From NCBI GenBank assembly GCA_035712365.1, contig DASTAW010000064.1:5203-69202 (forward strand): a DNA stretch of 64,000 nt. The letters are read 5' to 3'. This DNA comes from Terriglobia bacterium. GTDB lineage: Bacteria > Acidobacteriota > Terriglobia > UBA7540. A program made the position numbers and the translations under genes. The notes beneath the pieces are model-generated. The model did not search any database and was not told where the DNA came from. It was given only the letters and a program-made list of their open reading frames with translations. Shown here piece by piece: positions 61,853 to 64,000 of the stretch. How positions within the stretch are numbered: position 1 is the first letter of the stretch; every line of letters starts with the position of its first letter.

Positions 61853-63637
61853 TTGCGCCGCGCGATTAGGGCCTTGGCCGCTTGTCGAGGGGACCGCAAA
61901 ATTCCAAAGCAGCGAAGCTCATTGCCCGCGCGGGGACCCCACGGCTGTGGGAAAACACCATATTGCTGTCCGCTTGCTCCGGGTGTCAAGCGTGATACAT
62001 CCCGGCAAAGCTCAAACCCGGAACTGGGCAATTCGAGCAACCTCTCAGCCGATTACTCTCTGACGTACAGCTACGCGGGAAACTCCAACCCGCCCTGCAC
62101 GATACCGCAAGGCGCGGGTGACAACGGCAGCATTACGGGTGAAACCTACACGGACCATGTGAATTCGGGATACAGCCACACCTTCACGTATTGTTACGAT
62201 GCCGTGAATCGGCTGACGCATGCGGTTGCTTCGGGGAGTCCGGCCTACGATCTGATGTACAGCTACGACCAGTACGGCAACGGAACGTGTGTTCCGGGCT
62301 CGGGGGGTGGTTTGTGCCCAGCGATGAGCTATAATTCAAGCACCAACCGGCTGACGAGCATCGGAAGCACTGCCGTCAGTTACGACGCGGCCGGCAACCA
62401 GTTGAACGACATATGGTCCACCTACGAGTACGACGCCGAAGGGCGAGTGAAGCATTCCTACTCGACGGGGCAGTGGCAATACCCCACGTATAATGCGCTG
62501 GGGCAGCGGGTGCAGGATTACCAGGGCACCGACCCCATGACGCTGACGTATCCGATCGACCTTTTCGGCCAACGGACGGGCACCTTCGCCCAGTGGCCGA
62601 GCCAGGGCTGGGTAGGGTGGAACGTCTACTGGTCGCAGATCGCGGGGCAGCGGCTGAACATGGGCGGGGCGAGCGCCTACATCGACCACTCGGACGCCGT
62701 GGGTTCCACCACCATGGAAACCGACCCGGCCGGAGGCGTGCAGTGGGACGTGACACATTATCCGTGGGGCGGGGTGTTCCAGGAGCAGGGCGTGCGGCAG
62801 TCGGAGGTGGTGATGGGGCTGGATTGGCAAGTCAACGACCCCTTGGTCCCTTCGGCCACCCGCGAACTCAGCGCCGCCCTCGGTCGCTGGATGACGCCCG
62901 ACGCTCTGGGCGGGGACGTGACCAATCCCCAATCGCTCAACCGCTACGCCTACGTCACGAATAACCCAACTACGATGACCGACCCGCTCGGGCTGTATCA
63001 AAGCTCAATCCCGCAAGGCTGCCACAAGGAACTTGACGGCTGGTATGGAGAGGGCACCTGGAAGATCGTCTGCGACCAGGATTCGTTGGGGAGTTTGCCC
63101 GGCGGGCAGCAAACCAGCGGCGGGGATCCACCCGCGAGAAGTTCATCTCCCCCAGATATCTCCAAGACATGGTCGAGAACCTTCCCCTGTGCTGAAAGCG
63201 CGACGCAGCTGATGTCGGACGTACAGAATGACTTTGGTGCGTTTGCGAGCAACCCATTGGGTCCGTTCATAGCTAAGTTTCCCGATCAACCTTTGAGGAT
63301 GGGTAACAGTTACGATATCTACGCGGGCCTCTTCATGTTCAATGATGCGGGGCCGGTTTATCTCAATGACCTCAGGGTGAAAGTGACGGCCCAAATTCCG
63401 AATGCCTGGGTCTTCACAACCGACCCTGCCCACCACGTTTTCGATGGAACCATAGCTTTTATCGCATCAAGCGCTGGCCACGGACAGGTCAGTTTCTCGA
63501 TCACCGCAAGTGCTAACTTCACTAGCTGGCTAAATAAGTACATCCTTGGGTCCACTATTCGTGCAGGGGAAGAGTCCACGTGGACCAACCTGCTTGACAA
63601 GGTCCAGACCCACTGCTCGGCGGGGGGTGCCGAATGA
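61853..63637 (+). pseudogene. 5'-truncated RHS/YD-repeat protein with RHS core end (DPLGL) and an unassigned ~210-aa C-terminal toxin-like domain
   Basis: YD repeats are present (YDAVNRLTHA, YSYDQYGN, YDAAGNQL, YEYDAEGRV), and the core ends NRYAYVTNNPTTMTDPLGL. RHS-like sequence begins abruptly near 62020-62040. The frame is open back to TTG 61853, but that part is Arg-rich non-RHS sequence in the aminotransferase promoter region. No in-frame start has a Shine-Dalgarno, and there is no N-terminal secretion or PAAR-type domain. Confidence 0.65.
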
Positions 63638-64000
63638 CCCGCGCCGTTACGAGGGGCCTCCGGCCTTCGGGCTGGTCGGCCGCAAGGGTGATCGTCATTG
63701 TGGACTTCCTGCTGGTCACGCTGGCCCTACTCCTGGACAGGCTTGGCGGAAGGGAAATCGACTCGGCGCTACGCAGGGCCGGGCTCGACAATTTCGTCGC
63801 CGCTTGCCTGCAAATGTGGTTTGTAGCCTCTACGGTAGCTGCGACAGGGTTCTTTGCTTGGGCGGTGCACAAGGGCCGGCGTGCAGGGGCCGTGTCCGAT
63901 CGGATCTCGCGGTCGCTGGTAATCGACGGGGCCCTTCTGCTCGCGTGGTGGCTCGTCGCACTCGGCGCCTGTGCATACGCATTCATGCTTGGGATGGCTG
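63634..64000 (+). CDS. multi-pass membrane protein, candidate immunity partner (runs off window end)
   Basis: Not in the ORF track. The ATG overlaps the RHS stop (gaATGAcc). Hand translation gives MTRAVTRGLRPSGWSAARVIVIVDFLLVTLALLLDRLGG...CLQMWFVASTVAATGFFAWAV...LLLAWWLVALGACAYAFMLGMA, with at least 3 TM helices and no stop before 64000. Confidence 0.55.
   Translation, partial: MTRAVTRGLRPSGWSAARVIVIVDFLLVTLALLLDRLGGREIDSALRRAGLDNFVAACLQMWFVASTVAATGFFAWAVHKGRRAGAVSDRISRSLVIDGALLLAWWLVALGACAYAFMLGMA

Noticed and set aside
61853-62020. The N-terminal ~55 codons of the long RHS ORF could be genuine coding sequence.
   Set aside because: The sequence is Arg/Cys/Pro-rich and non-RHS-like. It starts at TTG without a Shine-Dalgarno, only 10 bp beyond (11 bp from) the divergent aminotransferase start at 61842. 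I interpret it as an open frame running into promoter DNA after 5' truncation.

Overview
The window is a GC-rich chromosomal segment that looks acidobacterial. The evidence for that is a PadR regulator followed by two tandem ADOP-type duplicated MacB/FtsX-like permeases with no ATPase, a CarboxypepD_reg-type TonB-dependent receptor, and many Tat-signal glycoside hydrolases. I support about 45 CDS and 3 stand-alone tRNAs: Ile-GAT, Ala-TGC and Arg-TCG. I found no rRNA, no CRISPR array, and no transposase or integrase.

Gene content:
- Housekeeping: purB (partial), Lhr helicase, HU, M16, M48 and M28-like peptidases, an acyl-CoA synthetase, and an SSS transporter with its DUF3311 partner.
- An ECF sigma / anti-sigma module.
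- Two glycan-utilisation loci. The first (6.6-16.2 kb) has an alpha/beta hydrolase, a GH42-like protein, a GH29 fucosidase, a GH20-like protein and a Gfo/Idh/MocA oxidoreductase. The second (47.7-58.2 kb) has a glycoside hydrolase, a ROK kinase and a tight 7-gene operon ending in GH2.

Most interesting non-standard signals:
1. tRNA-Ile is followed by a GIY-YIG nuclease ORF whose 3' end is a second copy of the tRNA 3' part with a different anticodon arm.
2. Accessory cassettes (GxxExxY; padR-ADOP-ADOP) are bracketed by inverted arrays of short tandem 'words'. A 1.1-kb non-coding region is a mosaic of such arrays.
3. A 276-bp MITE-like hairpin element with 10-bp direct repeats sits between padR and the first permease.
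4. An orphan promoter precedes a candidate ncRNA with about 64-bp A-rich tandem repeats that carry regularly spaced GGA motifs.
5. A 5'-truncated RHS toxin module has an unrecognised C-terminal domain and a membrane-protein partner that runs off the window end.
6. Two translationally coupled, degenerate receiver-domain proteins sit in tandem.

All product calls come from motif recognition by eye. No database search was run.
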